A DNA stretch of 64,000 nucleotides from an uncultured Planctomycetota bacterium (GTDB taxonomy: Bacteria; Planctomycetota; PLA2; JAEUHO01). Where the stretch lies: the NCBI GenBank assembly GCA_963752285.1, contig CAVVXN010000005.1, positions 640,001 to 704,000 of the forward strand, in the 5' to 3' direction. The notes under the pieces were generated by a model. It did no database searches. It saw nothing but the letters and a program-made list of their open reading frames with translations, and had not been told where the DNA came from. Every line of letters starts with the position of its first letter. Position 1 is the stretch's first letter. Of the stretch, positions 31,015-41,737 are shown piece after piece. Position numbers and translations under genes: made by a program.

Positions 31015-31968
31015 TCACTTCCCGTAGTCGGAGCCCGAGCCCGAGGGGTGCTGCCCGGTGCCCGTGCCCGTGCCACCCGTGGGGTTCGACGGCGGGGACT
31101 CGGAGGGCATGCCGCTCTCGCTGCCGCCCTCGAGACCGATCGACTTCGCCAGGTCGGGCGCCTCACTGGACAGCTTCTGGCGGAGCGCCGGCAGGTCCTT
31201 CGCCTCGAACCGCTGCTCGTCCCACTGACCGTCCTTGTCCGACCAGGCGTGGAGCACGGCCTGGTCGTTCGTGACGCCCACGTCCACCTCGAGGACGCTC
31301 GAGCCGCCCATGGTGTCCGTGGGGTGCGTCCCGCTGGGCGGGTTCGTGCCGGCCGGGGGGGGCGTGCTCGTCGAGCGGCTCGCCGCCGGGGCGTGGATGT
31401 CGAACTCGTCGAGGTCCTTCGCCATCGACTGGAGCTCCGACATCCCGGTCATGTCCTTCAGGTCGGGGTTCTGCTGGATGATGTCGCCGAGGTCCTTGCC
31501 CAGGTACACGTACTCGCCCTTCGCGTTCTTGACGTAGAGGCGGGTGGTGTCGCTGTCACTCGTGCGCAGCAAGGAGAGCGACGGCGCGTTGATCCAGATC
31601 CGGTACCCCGGCTCGAGGGTGGTCACCTGGACCTTGTTGTCCAGGTCGGTCTTGACCCGCTGGCTCAGGGTGTCGAGCTCGGGGTTCTCCTTGAGCGTCG
31701 GGTTCGTCTCGACGATCTTGGCGTAGGTCGGTCCACGGAACACCTGCCAGGACCCGGTGTCCTGGCGGACGTACAGGATTCCCTGCTCCTGGTATCGCGG
31801 CTGCTCGAAGAGCGCCGCGTCGGTGCCGACGCGGAAGATCGGCGTGTGCAGGCTCAGGTTGATGCCGAATCCGGCGGGGCCGTCCCCCGCGCGGGCCGTC
31901 GTGACGAGCGCGAGCCCCGCGCAGAGCGCGATCGCGCCGAGCACCAAACTCATCTTCTTTGCATTCAT
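31015..31968 (-). CDS. Secreted hypothetical protein with three short internal repeats
   Basis: Signal peptide MNAKKMSLVLGAIALCAGLALVTTARA, GAGGA SD, strong coding bias. Confidence 0.85.
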   Translation of the reverse strand: MNAKKMSLVLGAIALCAGLALVTTARAGDGPAGFGINLSLHTPIFRVGTDAALFEQPRYQEQGILYVRQDTGSWQVFRGPTYAKIVETNPTLKENPELDTLSQRVKTDLDNKVQVTTLEPGYRIWINAPSLSLLRTSDSDTTRLYVKNAKGEYVYLGKDLGDIIQQNPDLKDMTGMSELQSMAKDLDEFDIHAPAASRSTSTPPPAGTNPPSGTHPTDTMGGSSVLEVDVGVTNDQAVLHAWSDKDGQWDEQRFEAKDLPALRQKLSSEAPDLAKSIGLEGGSESGMPSESPPSNPTGGTGTGTGQHPSGSGSDYGK

Positions 31969-32064
31969 CCGTAGGTTCCTCTCTCATTGCGGATAGGGGG
32001 CCATTCGGCCGCGGGAACCCAATCGCACGTCCTCTCGCGGCATCGGCCACGCGATCCCGGCCAT

Positions 32065-32080
32065 CGCACGGAGCGTGCCG
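32065..32080 (-). promoter_or_regulatory. Sigma54 -24/-12 promoter for the 31968 gene
   Basis: Minus strand CGGCACGCTCCGTGCG (GG-N10-GC), about 100 nt upstream of the ATG. Confidence 0.65.
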
Positions 32081-32379
32081 CGGGAGAGAAGCGCGACTAC
32101 CGGCCCGGGGCGGGGGGCCCGTCGCCGGCGGCGGGTCGCGGGCCAGGGCTCGGGCCTCCGTCGGGCGCGGGGCATCGGACGTGCGTCTCTTGCACGGACG
32201 GAACGACGTGCCGGCGAAGTCCTGCACGCAGGGGGGCGGGGATCGGCACCTTTGACCCGCTCCGTCGGGGGGCGCGGCGGTCCGGGCGCGCTTCCCCCCG
32301 TCCGACGCTCGCGCGGCGGGGCCTCGGACGGCGGGTCGGACCGACTCGGACGGGGCCGCGGGGCCGAGGGCCAACTTCC

Positions 32380-32395
32380 CGGCACGCGGGGTGCT
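32380..32395 (+). promoter_or_regulatory. Sigma54 -24/-12 promoter, divergent from the previous one
   Basis: CGGCACGCGGGGTGCT (GG-N10-GC). Confidence 0.6.
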
Positions 32396-32678
32396 ACGCC
32401 GACCGCGACATGGAGTGGCGGGGCCCCCCCCGCCGCCGGCTGTCCAGGGATGGTGTGGCGACCGGGCGCTCGAGGTCCGGTCGCGCCGTTCCCCGACGGC
32501 CGACACGAGCGACGGATCTCCGTCGGAGACTTCGATGCACGACAACGAGGGGTCGGGTCCGCGGCGGTCGCGGCTCGCGATCCCGGATCGGGCGCCGATG
32601 GTGAGACCGGGTCGAGAAGGCCGAGTCGGGAACGGACAAGGTCCGACGTCCCGGGATCTTGCGTATGCTCGACGCCCG

Positions 32679-33401
32679 ATGGTGGAGGACGAGCACGCCC
32701 GAGACTCCGACCTCGGCCCCGAGGCCGCCGAGCACGTGCTCTCCGCGCTCGCCCACAAGCTCGGGTCGCCGCTCGGCGCCATCATCAACTACGGCTACCT
32801 GCTCTCCGAAGAGCTGGCCGGCCGGCTCTCCGCGACGGAGCGGGGCTGGATGGAGCGGGTCGTCGAGGCGGCCGGGCGCGCGAAGGGGCTCCTCGCGGAG
32901 TCGCGGCGCTTCGTCGAGGCGATGGCGCGTCCGATCCTGCCCGCGCGCCTCGGGCTCTCGCGGCACCTCGCGACGTCCATCGAGGAACGTCTGGTGGGGG
33001 CCCGCGTGGAGCTGGACGCGGGCGCGATCCCCGCCGGGCTCGAGGTCCGCGCCGACGCCGGTGCGCTCGCGGACGCGATCGAGGACCTCGTCGGCCTGCT
33101 GGTCGCCCTCTCGGGGGACGGGGTTCGCCCCGTGGTGCGCGTCGGCGCCCGCCGGGACGACGACCTTGCGCTCGTCACGATCGAGGGGCGTGGCATCCGG
33201 CTGGACGGGGACGGGTCTCTGGAGCGCACGCTCGAGCCGTTCGCCGTCGGGCCCCGGGTGGGCCGTGACGGCGTGGAGCTCGGGGTGCGGTACCAGGTCG
33301 CCCGCGTCCTCCTGGCCCGCCAGGGAGGCAGCGTCCAGGCGGTCCGCTCGCCCGACAACGCCCTGACGTGGGAGGTCCGCCTGCCGCTCGCCGCTCCCTG
33401 A
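32679..33401 (+). CDS. Degenerate histidine-kinase-like protein (HisKA + HATPase-like); start uncertain
   Basis: LAHKLGSPLGAII H-box, LEPF and LLARQGGSV...TWEVRLP; N/G1/G2 boxes are degenerate. Confidence 0.75.
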   Translation: MVEDEHARDSDLGPEAAEHVLSALAHKLGSPLGAIINYGYLLSEELAGRLSATERGWMERVVEAAGRAKGLLAESRRFVEAMARPILPARLGLSRHLATSIEERLVGARVELDAGAIPAGLEVRADAGALADAIEDLVGLLVALSGDGVRPVVRVGARRDDDLALVTIEGRGIRLDGDGSLERTLEPFAVGPRVGRDGVELGVRYQVARVLLARQGGSVQAVRSPDNALTWEVRLPLAAP

Positions 33402-33514
33402 GCGGATTGGCGGTCCCCGCGGGTAGCGCCGAGGCGGCCCCGGGTGCGTTCGCTACCCTGGTGCGTCTCTCGGGCCGACGGCCCTGGTGCCGGCGTCCCG
33501 GGGAGGGGCGAGAG

Positions 33515-36112
33515 ATGGCGACGCTCGACGAGGCGAACATCCGGGTCGCGTCCGACGTGATCGACGCTTTGCCCCTCGCGCTCTTCGTGGTCGGCCCCGA
33601 CGAACGCGTCCTCCAGGCGAACCGGGCGAGTGTGGCGCTGTGCATCCGCGGCCTCGACCAGATCCCGGGACGCACGCTCTCCGACCTCCTGCCCACGCGG
33701 CGGCCGGGCGTCTGGACCGGCGTGATCCGGCGCGTGTTCGAGGAGGAGGCCCGCCTCGGCGTGGAGGCCACGCTGGCGGCGGGCGGCGGTCGGCCGCTTC
33801 ACCTCTCGGGCACGGCGGGGCCGTATGCCGCCGGGGACCGGGCCCGGCCTCGCGCGGTCCTCCTCCTCCGGGACGCGAGCGAGGACCGGCGCCGGCGCCT
33901 TCTCGACGACGCCGAGTGGATGTCGCTCTGCAACGCCGGGATCGTGGACACCGTGGACGACCGGCTGGCGCCGCTCTTGCGCCACCTGGAGAGCGTCGTC
34001 GAGCAGGGCTCCGCCGCGACGCTGCACCTCGTGAACGAAGACGCCAGCGAGCTGGGGCGCCTCGTGTCGGGGTCGATCGGAGAGCGGCTGCGCGATCGTC
34101 TCGCCCGCGGCCTCGTGGTCGCCGACCACGGTCACCCGGCGGCGCGCGCGGTCTACCGTCTGCGCCCGGTCGTCGTGGCGAGCATCCGCCGGAGCTCGTC
34201 GTGGGGACACGGGCGGGGGGCGGCGCTCGCCGAGGGCTTCAAGAGCTGCCTCGCCGTCCCGCTGGTGGGCCCGGGCAACCGGTGCCTCGGCGCGCTGAGC
34301 CTGTACCTGCGCCGCGAGGGCATGCCCGACGAGGACCTGCGGGCGTGCACGCGTCACATGGCGCGCACGCTCGCGCAGCTGGTCGAGCGCATGCGTCTCC
34401 AGCGCGAGCTCCGGCAGCGACGGCGCGTCCTCCAGTTCACACAGGAGTTCAACGCGAACCTCGGCCGCGAACACCTGCTCGCTCCGGTACTGAAGCGCAT
34501 CGTCGAGGAGGCGCGCTCGCTCACCGGCGCCGAGCAGGTCGCGATCGTCCACCGGCTGGTGGACGCGGGCGCGGGTCGCGACGGCTCCGCGTACGCCGTG
34601 GCGAGCGACGATCCCCAGGCCTTCGCCTCGCTCGGGATGCCGGGCGACACCCCGCTCCAGCTGGCGACGCTCCGGGGCCATCAGACGATCCGCTCGGCGG
34701 ACATCGGCCGGGAGACGCGGTTCCGCCGCGCGCTGGCCCTGGCACGGAACGGCGCCCGCCGGCAGGCGATCCACTCGTACCTCGCGACGCCGGTCGTGTC
34801 GCGGACCGGGGAGGTGCTCGGCGGACTCTTCCTCGGGCACCGGGAGCGCGGCGTCTTCTCGTCGCTCCACGAGGAGCTCGCGTCGGCGATCGCCGCCCAG
34901 GCCGGGATCGCCATCGACAACGCGCTGCACTTCGAGAGCGTGCGGCGGCGCAACAAGGAGCTGGCGGAAGAGGGGCGCCGCAAGAGCCGCGTGCTCGCGA
35001 CGCTCGGTCACGAGCTGCGAAACCCGCTCGGTGCCCTGACCACGAGTCTCGCGCTGATGGAGGAGGCGAACCCGATGCACCCGGACGTGCGTCGGGCCAT
35101 GTCGATCATGTGGCGACAGTGCCGACACATGAAGCGACTCGTGGACGACCTGCTCGACATGAGCCGGCTCGCGCGAGGCGCGATCGACCTGCACGAGGAG
35201 ACGGTCTCGCTCCAGGACGTCGTCGCGGACGCCGTCACCGACGCGAGCTTCCTCACCTCGGCCCGCGAGCAGCGCGTCACGAAGGACTTCCCGGACGAAC
35301 CGGTGTGGGTCGTCGGGGACGCCACGCGTCTCGAACAGGTCGTGGCGAACCTCGTGAGCAACGCGAGTCGCCACTCCCCCGACGGCGGCGAGATCCGGAT
35401 CCGGGTGGCGACCTCGGGCGATCGCGCCGTGATCCGCGTGCGCGACTGGGGCCGGGGTATCGACCCCACGCGCCTGGAGGAGATCTTCGACCTCTTCGTG
35501 CAGGCCGAGGACAACACGACCGCGGCCGGCGGCGGCCTCGGCCTCGGCCTGACGCTCGTCCGAGAGCTCGTACGTCTGCACAGCGGAAGCGTGCGGGCGA
35601 CGAGCCAGGGGATCGGGCACGGGAGCGAGTTCTTCGTAGACCTTCCGCGTGCTCCGGCATCGCCGTACGCGGCCCAGCCGTACGACGAGCCGACGCTGGC
35701 TGCCGAGTCGGACGGGCAGAACCGGCCGCTCGAACGGGGTCGCCGGGTCCTCCTCGTCGAGGACCAGGAAGACGCTCGCGACGCCATGCGGCTCCTGCTC
35801 CAGCGCTGGGGCTTCGCGGTCCACCTGGCCAAGGACGGTCCGGAGGCCATCGCGCGCGCCGTGCGGTGCCGGCCTCACGTCATCCTGCTGGACATCGGCC
35901 TCCCGACCATGAGCGGATGGGACGTCGCCAAGGAGCTCCGCCAGCGCGTGGACGCCAGCGTGCAGATCATCGCGCTCACCGGCCTCGGCCAGGCGGCGGA
36001 CCGCGCGATGTCGGAGAGCGTCGGCTTCGACGACCACCTCGTGAAGCCGATCGACCCACTCGTGTTGCGAGCCCGGCTCGAAGAAGCGATCGAGACGGCC
36101 CTCGCCGGCTGA
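33515..36112 (+). CDS. Hybrid sensor histidine kinase (PAS-GAF-GAF-HisKA-HATPase-REC)
   Basis: LGHELRNPL, NLVSNA, VRDWGRG, GGLGLGL, REC VLLVED...LLDIGLP...VKP. Confidence 0.95.
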   Translation: MATLDEANIRVASDVIDALPLALFVVGPDERVLQANRASVALCIRGLDQIPGRTLSDLLPTRRPGVWTGVIRRVFEEEARLGVEATLAAGGGRPLHLSGTAGPYAAGDRARPRAVLLLRDASEDRRRRLLDDAEWMSLCNAGIVDTVDDRLAPLLRHLESVVEQGSAATLHLVNEDASELGRLVSGSIGERLRDRLARGLVVADHGHPAARAVYRLRPVVVASIRRSSSWGHGRGAALAEGFKSCLAVPLVGPGNRCLGALSLYLRREGMPDEDLRACTRHMARTLAQLVERMRLQRELRQRRRVLQFTQEFNANLGREHLLAPVLKRIVEEARSLTGAEQVAIVHRLVDAGAGRDGSAYAVASDDPQAFASLGMPGDTPLQLATLRGHQTIRSADIGRETRFRRALALARNGARRQAIHSYLATPVVSRTGEVLGGLFLGHRERGVFSSLHEELASAIAAQAGIAIDNALHFESVRRRNKELAEEGRRKSRVLATLGHELRNPLGALTTSLALMEEANPMHPDVRRAMSIMWRQCRHMKRLVDDLLDMSRLARGAIDLHEETVSLQDVVADAVTDASFLTSAREQRVTKDFPDEPVWVVGDATRLEQVVANLVSNASRHSPDGGEIRIRVATSGDRAVIRVRDWGRGIDPTRLEEIFDLFVQAEDNTTAAGGGLGLGLTLVRELVRLHSGSVRATSQGIGHGSEFFVDLPRAPASPYAAQPYDEPTLAAESDGQNRPLERGRRVLLVEDQEDARDAMRLLLQRWGFAVHLAKDGPEAIARAVRCRPHVILLDIGLPTMSGWDVAKELRQRVDASVQIIALTGLGQAADRAMSESVGFDDHLVKPIDPLVLRARLEEAIETALAG

Positions 36113-36319
36113 ACCATCTGCGTGTTCGGGATCGGTTCGGGCCCCGACCCGGGACGGCGGTCGTCTTCCCCGAGTCCCGGCGCACCGCGCGCAGGATGTG
36201 CCGGGAAGTCGGAAAGTCGCGCACGCGAACCGGCAAGGTCGATACACCGGGCGGCCGCGAAACGGCCGGAGTCGAACCCAACCGGGAAGCGCTCCGTAAG
36301 GCGGGCGGGCCGGCGGGCG

Positions 36320-36335
36320 CGGCACGCGGTGTGCG
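36320..36335 (+). promoter_or_regulatory. Sigma54 -24/-12 promoter for the 36453 gene
   Basis: CGGCACGCGGTGTGCG (GG-N10-GC), about 120 nt upstream of the ATG. Confidence 0.65.
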
Positions 36336-36452
36336 ATCCGAGACCCGGAAGGTTCCAGACGCCGCCAGGACGCAGTGCGACCGAACGGTCGCGCCGTCGA
36401 CCAGGGCAGGGAGGACGGCGGCGGCGTCCCGGACGTTTCAGGGAGACGATCC

Positions 36453-36794
36453 ATGCAGATCGACCGCCGGTTCCTGGCGCGACGTCTCGACGCCTGGACG
36501 GAGAGGATCGAGCGCTTGCGCCAGGACGCCCGACTCCTGAGGCCCGAGGTCCGGGACCACTCCCGGACCGTCCTCGCCGAGCTGGACGAACGTCTCGGTG
36601 ACGCGCGTCAGGCCTTCCGTCGCGCCCTCGGCGCGGGCGCCGGGCACGACGACGGCCGGGACCGTACCCACTGGGACCTCGCGAGGACCTCGGCGCGCCG
36701 CCTGGAGAACCTGCTCCGGTGGTTCGCGATGGACGAACAGCCCGAACGGGTCCACCGGTCGCCTCGCCCGGTGCGGGCCCTGCAGCAGAGCTGA
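36453..36794 (+). CDS. Small helical hypothetical protein
   Basis: GGGAGA SD; MQIDRRFLARRLDAWTERIERLRQDA amphipathic helices. Confidence 0.65.
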   Translation: MQIDRRFLARRLDAWTERIERLRQDARLLRPEVRDHSRTVLAELDERLGDARQAFRRALGAGAGHDDGRDRTHWDLARTSARRLENLLRWFAMDEQPERVHRSPRPVRALQQS

Positions 36795-36878
36795 CGCGTC
36801 CGACGGCGCCGACGTTCGGCAACCCGAACTCCGGTCTGGCGGTTGGAACCAGCCGCCCGATCGCGCGGAGGCTCTTGC

Positions 36879-37175
36879 ATGGTCCGTCCGACCCTGCCGT
36901 CCGATCGCTTCGAGGCGCAGCTTCGCCGCTCGTTGGCGGTGTGGGTCCGTCAGGCCCGGGACCTGCTGGCCGCTCGGCAGAGCGCCGGCGGCTTGCCCTG
37001 GGACGGAACCGCCGAGGCGCTCACCCAGGCCCTTCGCCGCGCCCACGGGGCGCTCGTGGATCTCGAACGAGCCGCCGGACGCGAACGGCAAGCCCGCTCC
37101 CGGTCCTTGAAGCAAGAGCTCGCGACGCTCCACGATGCCTGGCTCCAAGCGGCCGCGCGCGGCGACGAGAACTAG
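36879..37175 (+). CDS. Small helical hypothetical protein
   Basis: GGAGG SD before ATG 36879 (MVRPTLPSDRFEAQLRRSLAVW). Confidence 0.55.
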   Translation: MVRPTLPSDRFEAQLRRSLAVWVRQARDLLAARQSAGGLPWDGTAEALTQALRRAHGALVDLERAAGRERQARSRSLKQELATLHDAWLQAAARGDEN

Positions 37176-37263
37176 CGGCGCCGTGACGACGCGGCGCGGG
37201 GGCCCGGGAGGGACCGCCCGGCGCGCGGGGCCCCTTGTGCGGGCCGGTTCGGCCGGCGAGCAT

Positions 37264-38742
<1,479 letters not shown>

Positions 38743-38813
38743 TCGGCGCGATCCGGGGGACTCCTCCCGACGACGCGCGAGCGCTACGATCCGGGGCCCG
38801 TGAGAGGCCCGAT

Positions 38814-39245
38814 GTGAAAACGCTCCCTTGGATCCTGCTCGGCGTGGTGTCGGCGGCCTGCGTGCTGGCCGTGGTGGTCGGGCGGCCGTCGGAGGAGAAG
38901 CTGACGCCTCGGGCCGAGCGGATCCTGCGCGACCTCTACGCCGGGAGGGCGGACCGGGTCTACGCCGCGGGCGCACGGGATCTTTGCGAGAGCCTGACGG
39001 AGGACGATCTCGAGAAGTACGTCGCGTCGCGGCGCTCGGCGCTGGGGGACTACCGCCGTGTGGCCTTCACGCGGGGCATCGACACGCCGCTGGGCGCGGA
39101 CCCCGGCACGAGGCGCGAGGTGCACCTCGTCCTCGTCTGCGACCGCGGACAGGCGAGCTGCGACATAGAACTCGCGAACGAGGACGGCGACGGGAGGCTG
39201 TCGTGGATCCGCATCGAGCCGCTCCCCGAGGGAGGGGCGAGGTAG
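38814..39245 (+). CDS. Membrane-anchored hypothetical protein (NTF2-like, DUF3887/DUF4019-like)
   Basis: GAGAGG SD, N-terminal TM helix, helix-helix-LGDY-beta-strand pattern. Confidence 0.6.
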   Translation: MKTLPWILLGVVSAACVLAVVVGRPSEEKLTPRAERILRDLYAGRADRVYAAGARDLCESLTEDDLEKYVASRRSALGDYRRVAFTRGIDTPLGADPGTRREVHLVLVCDRGQASCDIELANEDGDGRLSWIRIEPLPEGGAR

Positions 39246-39363
39246 GGCCCGAGCCGACCCGCGCCGGCGTCGGCCCGCCGCGGCACCCGTCCCTGCGCCG
39301 CGCGCCGCCCGACGACCGGTGGCGGGGACGGACTCGATGCCCGGCCGGGCGTACCGTGGGGAC

Positions 39364-39939
39364 GTGAGCGGACCCTCGGCCCGGGAACCGATCGTCGTCT
39401 ACACCCTCGGGCACTCGACGCGCTCCATCGAAGACTTCCTCGCGATCGCGACGGGCGGCGCGGTCGAGCGCGTCGCGGACGTGCGCTCGTACCCCCGATC
39501 GCGCCGGTACCCGTGGTTCGACCGCGACGCGCTCTCGTCGAGCCTCGCCGCCGCGGGCATCGGCTACACGTGGCTCGGCGCCTCGCTGGGAGGGAGGCGC
39601 CGGGACGTCCCGCGCGCGGCGGCCCACAGCGCGTTTCGCGTCGCGGGCTTCCGCGCGTACGCGGCGCACATGGAAACGTCGGAGTTCGTGCGGGGGGTGC
39701 GAGCCCTCTTGGACCTCGCGTCGCACGAACGCGTCGCCGCGCTCTGCGCGGAGCGGCATCCGTCCCGGTGCCACCGCGGTCTGCTCGCCGACTACCTGAC
39801 GCTCGTCGTGGGCGTCCGCGTGGTCCACCTCCTCGCGCCGGGGTGGCAGGAGCAGCACGTGCCGCGTCCCTTCGCCCGTGTGGAGGCGGGCCGGGTCGTG
39901 TACGACCGGGGGGAGGGCCCGCCACTCCGGCTCGGATGA
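39364..39939 (+). CDS. DUF488 family protein
   Basis: YTLGHSTR, ADVRSYPRSR, LGGRR, LCAE..PSRCHR.LLAD. Confidence 0.9.
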   Translation: MSGPSAREPIVVYTLGHSTRSIEDFLAIATGGAVERVADVRSYPRSRRYPWFDRDALSSSLAAAGIGYTWLGASLGGRRRDVPRAAAHSAFRVAGFRAYAAHMETSEFVRGVRALLDLASHERVAALCAERHPSRCHRGLLADYLTLVVGVRVVHLLAPGWQEQHVPRPFARVEAGRVVYDRGEGPPLRLG

Positions 39940-39972
39940 CGCGTCGGTCGTCCGCGGCGGACGGACCCGGGC

Positions 39973-41586
39973 TCAGAGGCCGTTTCCGTGCTCGTGGTGC
40001 CCTTCGGGGTGCTGGGCGTCCGCGGGCGCGAGCGTGGGGAGGATGGCCTCGAGCAGGACCGTACCTTCCGCATCCACGATCGAGAGCGTGTCCCCGGCCA
40101 GGTCGGCGAGCGTCGTCGCGCCGAAGGGGAGCGTCGTGTCGGCACCCACCTCGAACACGAAGCGCCCGCAGCCCTGCTCCGCCACCTCGATCCCTCCGAG
40201 CGTCTCCGTCGCGCCCTCCGCCGCCAGCTCCACGTCGTAGGACGCCGGCCCCGTGAGTCCCCGCACCTCGACCACGACCGCGCCCCGGTCGCCGCAGGTC
40301 AACACGACGACCTTGCCGGTCGCGTCGGGACTCGGCGCGCTGTCCGGGGGGACGAGGTCCGCGTCGCCCGCGAGCGCGGGGGACGGAGGCAGGTGGGGCG
40401 GCATCTCGATCTGCGGCACCTCGGCCTCGAGGACGACGGCGCCGTCCGGGTCCCTGAGCTCGAGCACCATGCCGATCAGGTCGGAGGGGTTCGAGATGGG
40501 GAGGTCGGCGGGAAGCGCGTTCTCGCCGCACGACGCGAGGACCAGGCGTCCCATGCCCAGGTCGTCGATCTCGATCGTGCCGAGGTCGATCTCGTCGCCC
40601 GTGGCCGGCACGAGCACCGCTTCGAGCGAAGCGGTCGTCGTGACGTGGCTCACCTCCAGGACGACGCGGACGCAGCCGTCGTCGATCCGCACGGAGACCG
40701 CGCCCACGGCGTCCGGATCCGGGCTCCCATCGGGCGGGGTCAGCACGAGGAGGGCGCGGGGGTGGTCGTGTTCGCGGTGGTCGGCCTCGGGTCCGGGCAG
40801 CATCCCCCGGAGCTGGATCGTGCCCTCCGAGTCCACGAGGACGACCTCGTAGCCCGCCAGGTCCTGGAGCGTGGTGGCGCCGAAGGGCAGCTCGTCGCCC
40901 GTGCAGTATCGGAGAGCGAGGCGCCCCTGCCCGTCGGCGGCCACGTCGAGGGAGGCCAGGTCCGCCGTGTCCCCGTCGGGGTTCCACAGCTGGACATCGT
41001 ACGTGGCGGGTCCCTCGAGCCCGCGGACCTCGATCTCGAGACCGCAGCAGTCCTGCCCGCACGCGACCTCGGCCTCGCCGACGCGTCCCGGCGCGTCCGT
41101 GCCGTCGGGCGGAAGCAGACGGCTCTCGCCGTCGTGGTCGTCCGCGCCGTCGTGCTGGCGGTCCATCCAGCTCTCGGCGACGTTGCCGTTCTCCATCTCG
41201 ACGTCCACGTGGCAGGTCTCGCCGTCGGAGAGCGGGCCCACCGAGACCACGTCGCCGTCGATGTCGGAGGCGTCAGGCGTCGGGTCGTCGCTCTCGTCCA
41301 CGTCGTTGCCCGGGGTCCCCGCCTCCGCGGGATCCTCGAACCGGACCGCGAACGTCTGGCCGGCCGGGACGCGCAGCGCGAAACCTCCCTGGGGGTCCGT
41401 CGTCGTCGTCTCGCCGTTCGTGGTGAGCGTGACGCGGAGGCCGCCCAGCGCGTCCGTCGATCCGTTCTTCGTCTTGACCGCGCCGACGACCTCGGCGGTG
41501 GATCCAGAGACCGGCGTCGAGCCGCCGCCTCCGCACGCGGGGAAGAAGGCCACGAGGCCGAGCAACATCCAGAGCCACGCACGCAT
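39973..41586 (-). CDS. Acidic lipoprotein with three approximately 110-aa internal repeats and His-rich linkers
   Basis: GGAGG SD, lipobox-like FFPAC-GGGG, repeats L.PPD...LPFGATTL.DLAG...VD.EG...L...LP. Confidence 0.85.
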   Translation of the reverse strand: MRAWLWMLLGLVAFFPACGGGGSTPVSGSTAEVVGAVKTKNGSTDALGGLRVTLTTNGETTTTDPQGGFALRVPAGQTFAVRFEDPAEAGTPGNDVDESDDPTPDASDIDGDVVSVGPLSDGETCHVDVEMENGNVAESWMDRQHDGADDHDGESRLLPPDGTDAPGRVGEAEVACGQDCCGLEIEVRGLEGPATYDVQLWNPDGDTADLASLDVAADGQGRLALRYCTGDELPFGATTLQDLAGYEVVLVDSEGTIQLRGMLPGPEADHREHDHPRALLVLTPPDGSPDPDAVGAVSVRIDDGCVRVVLEVSHVTTTASLEAVLVPATGDEIDLGTIEIDDLGMGRLVLASCGENALPADLPISNPSDLIGMVLELRDPDGAVVLEAEVPQIEMPPHLPPSPALAGDADLVPPDSAPSPDATGKVVVLTCGDRGAVVVEVRGLTGPASYDVELAAEGATETLGGIEVAEQGCGRFVFEVGADTTLPFGATTLADLAGDTLSIVDAEGTVLLEAILPTLAPADAQHPEGHHEHGNGL

Positions 41587-41737
41587 CGAACACCTCCGAA
41601 GACTGGGTTCCACCCCGACGGCCCCGCCCGTGCGGCGACCGAGCCCTCCCGAGCCCGGTCGAGCCTAGCGTCGCTCGCACGACCTCGCCGCCCGCCAGGG
41701 CGACGTCGCGAAGAGACCCTGAACACGTGAATGCGCC

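Noticed and set aside
32170..32184. Fourth GG-N10-GC site (GGGCATCGGACGTGC)
   Set aside because: Poorer match than the three CGGCACGC sites and it overlaps the candidate enhancer region; likely chance.
32795..36454. 1219-aa minus-strand ORF
   Set aside because: Antisense shadow of the hybrid kinase with no motifs; stop codons are scarce at this GC content.
33487..36540. 1017-aa alternative-frame ORF and similar Arg/Gly/Pro-rich ORFs throughout the track
   Set aside because: Their composition is typical of off-frame reading of GC-rich genes.
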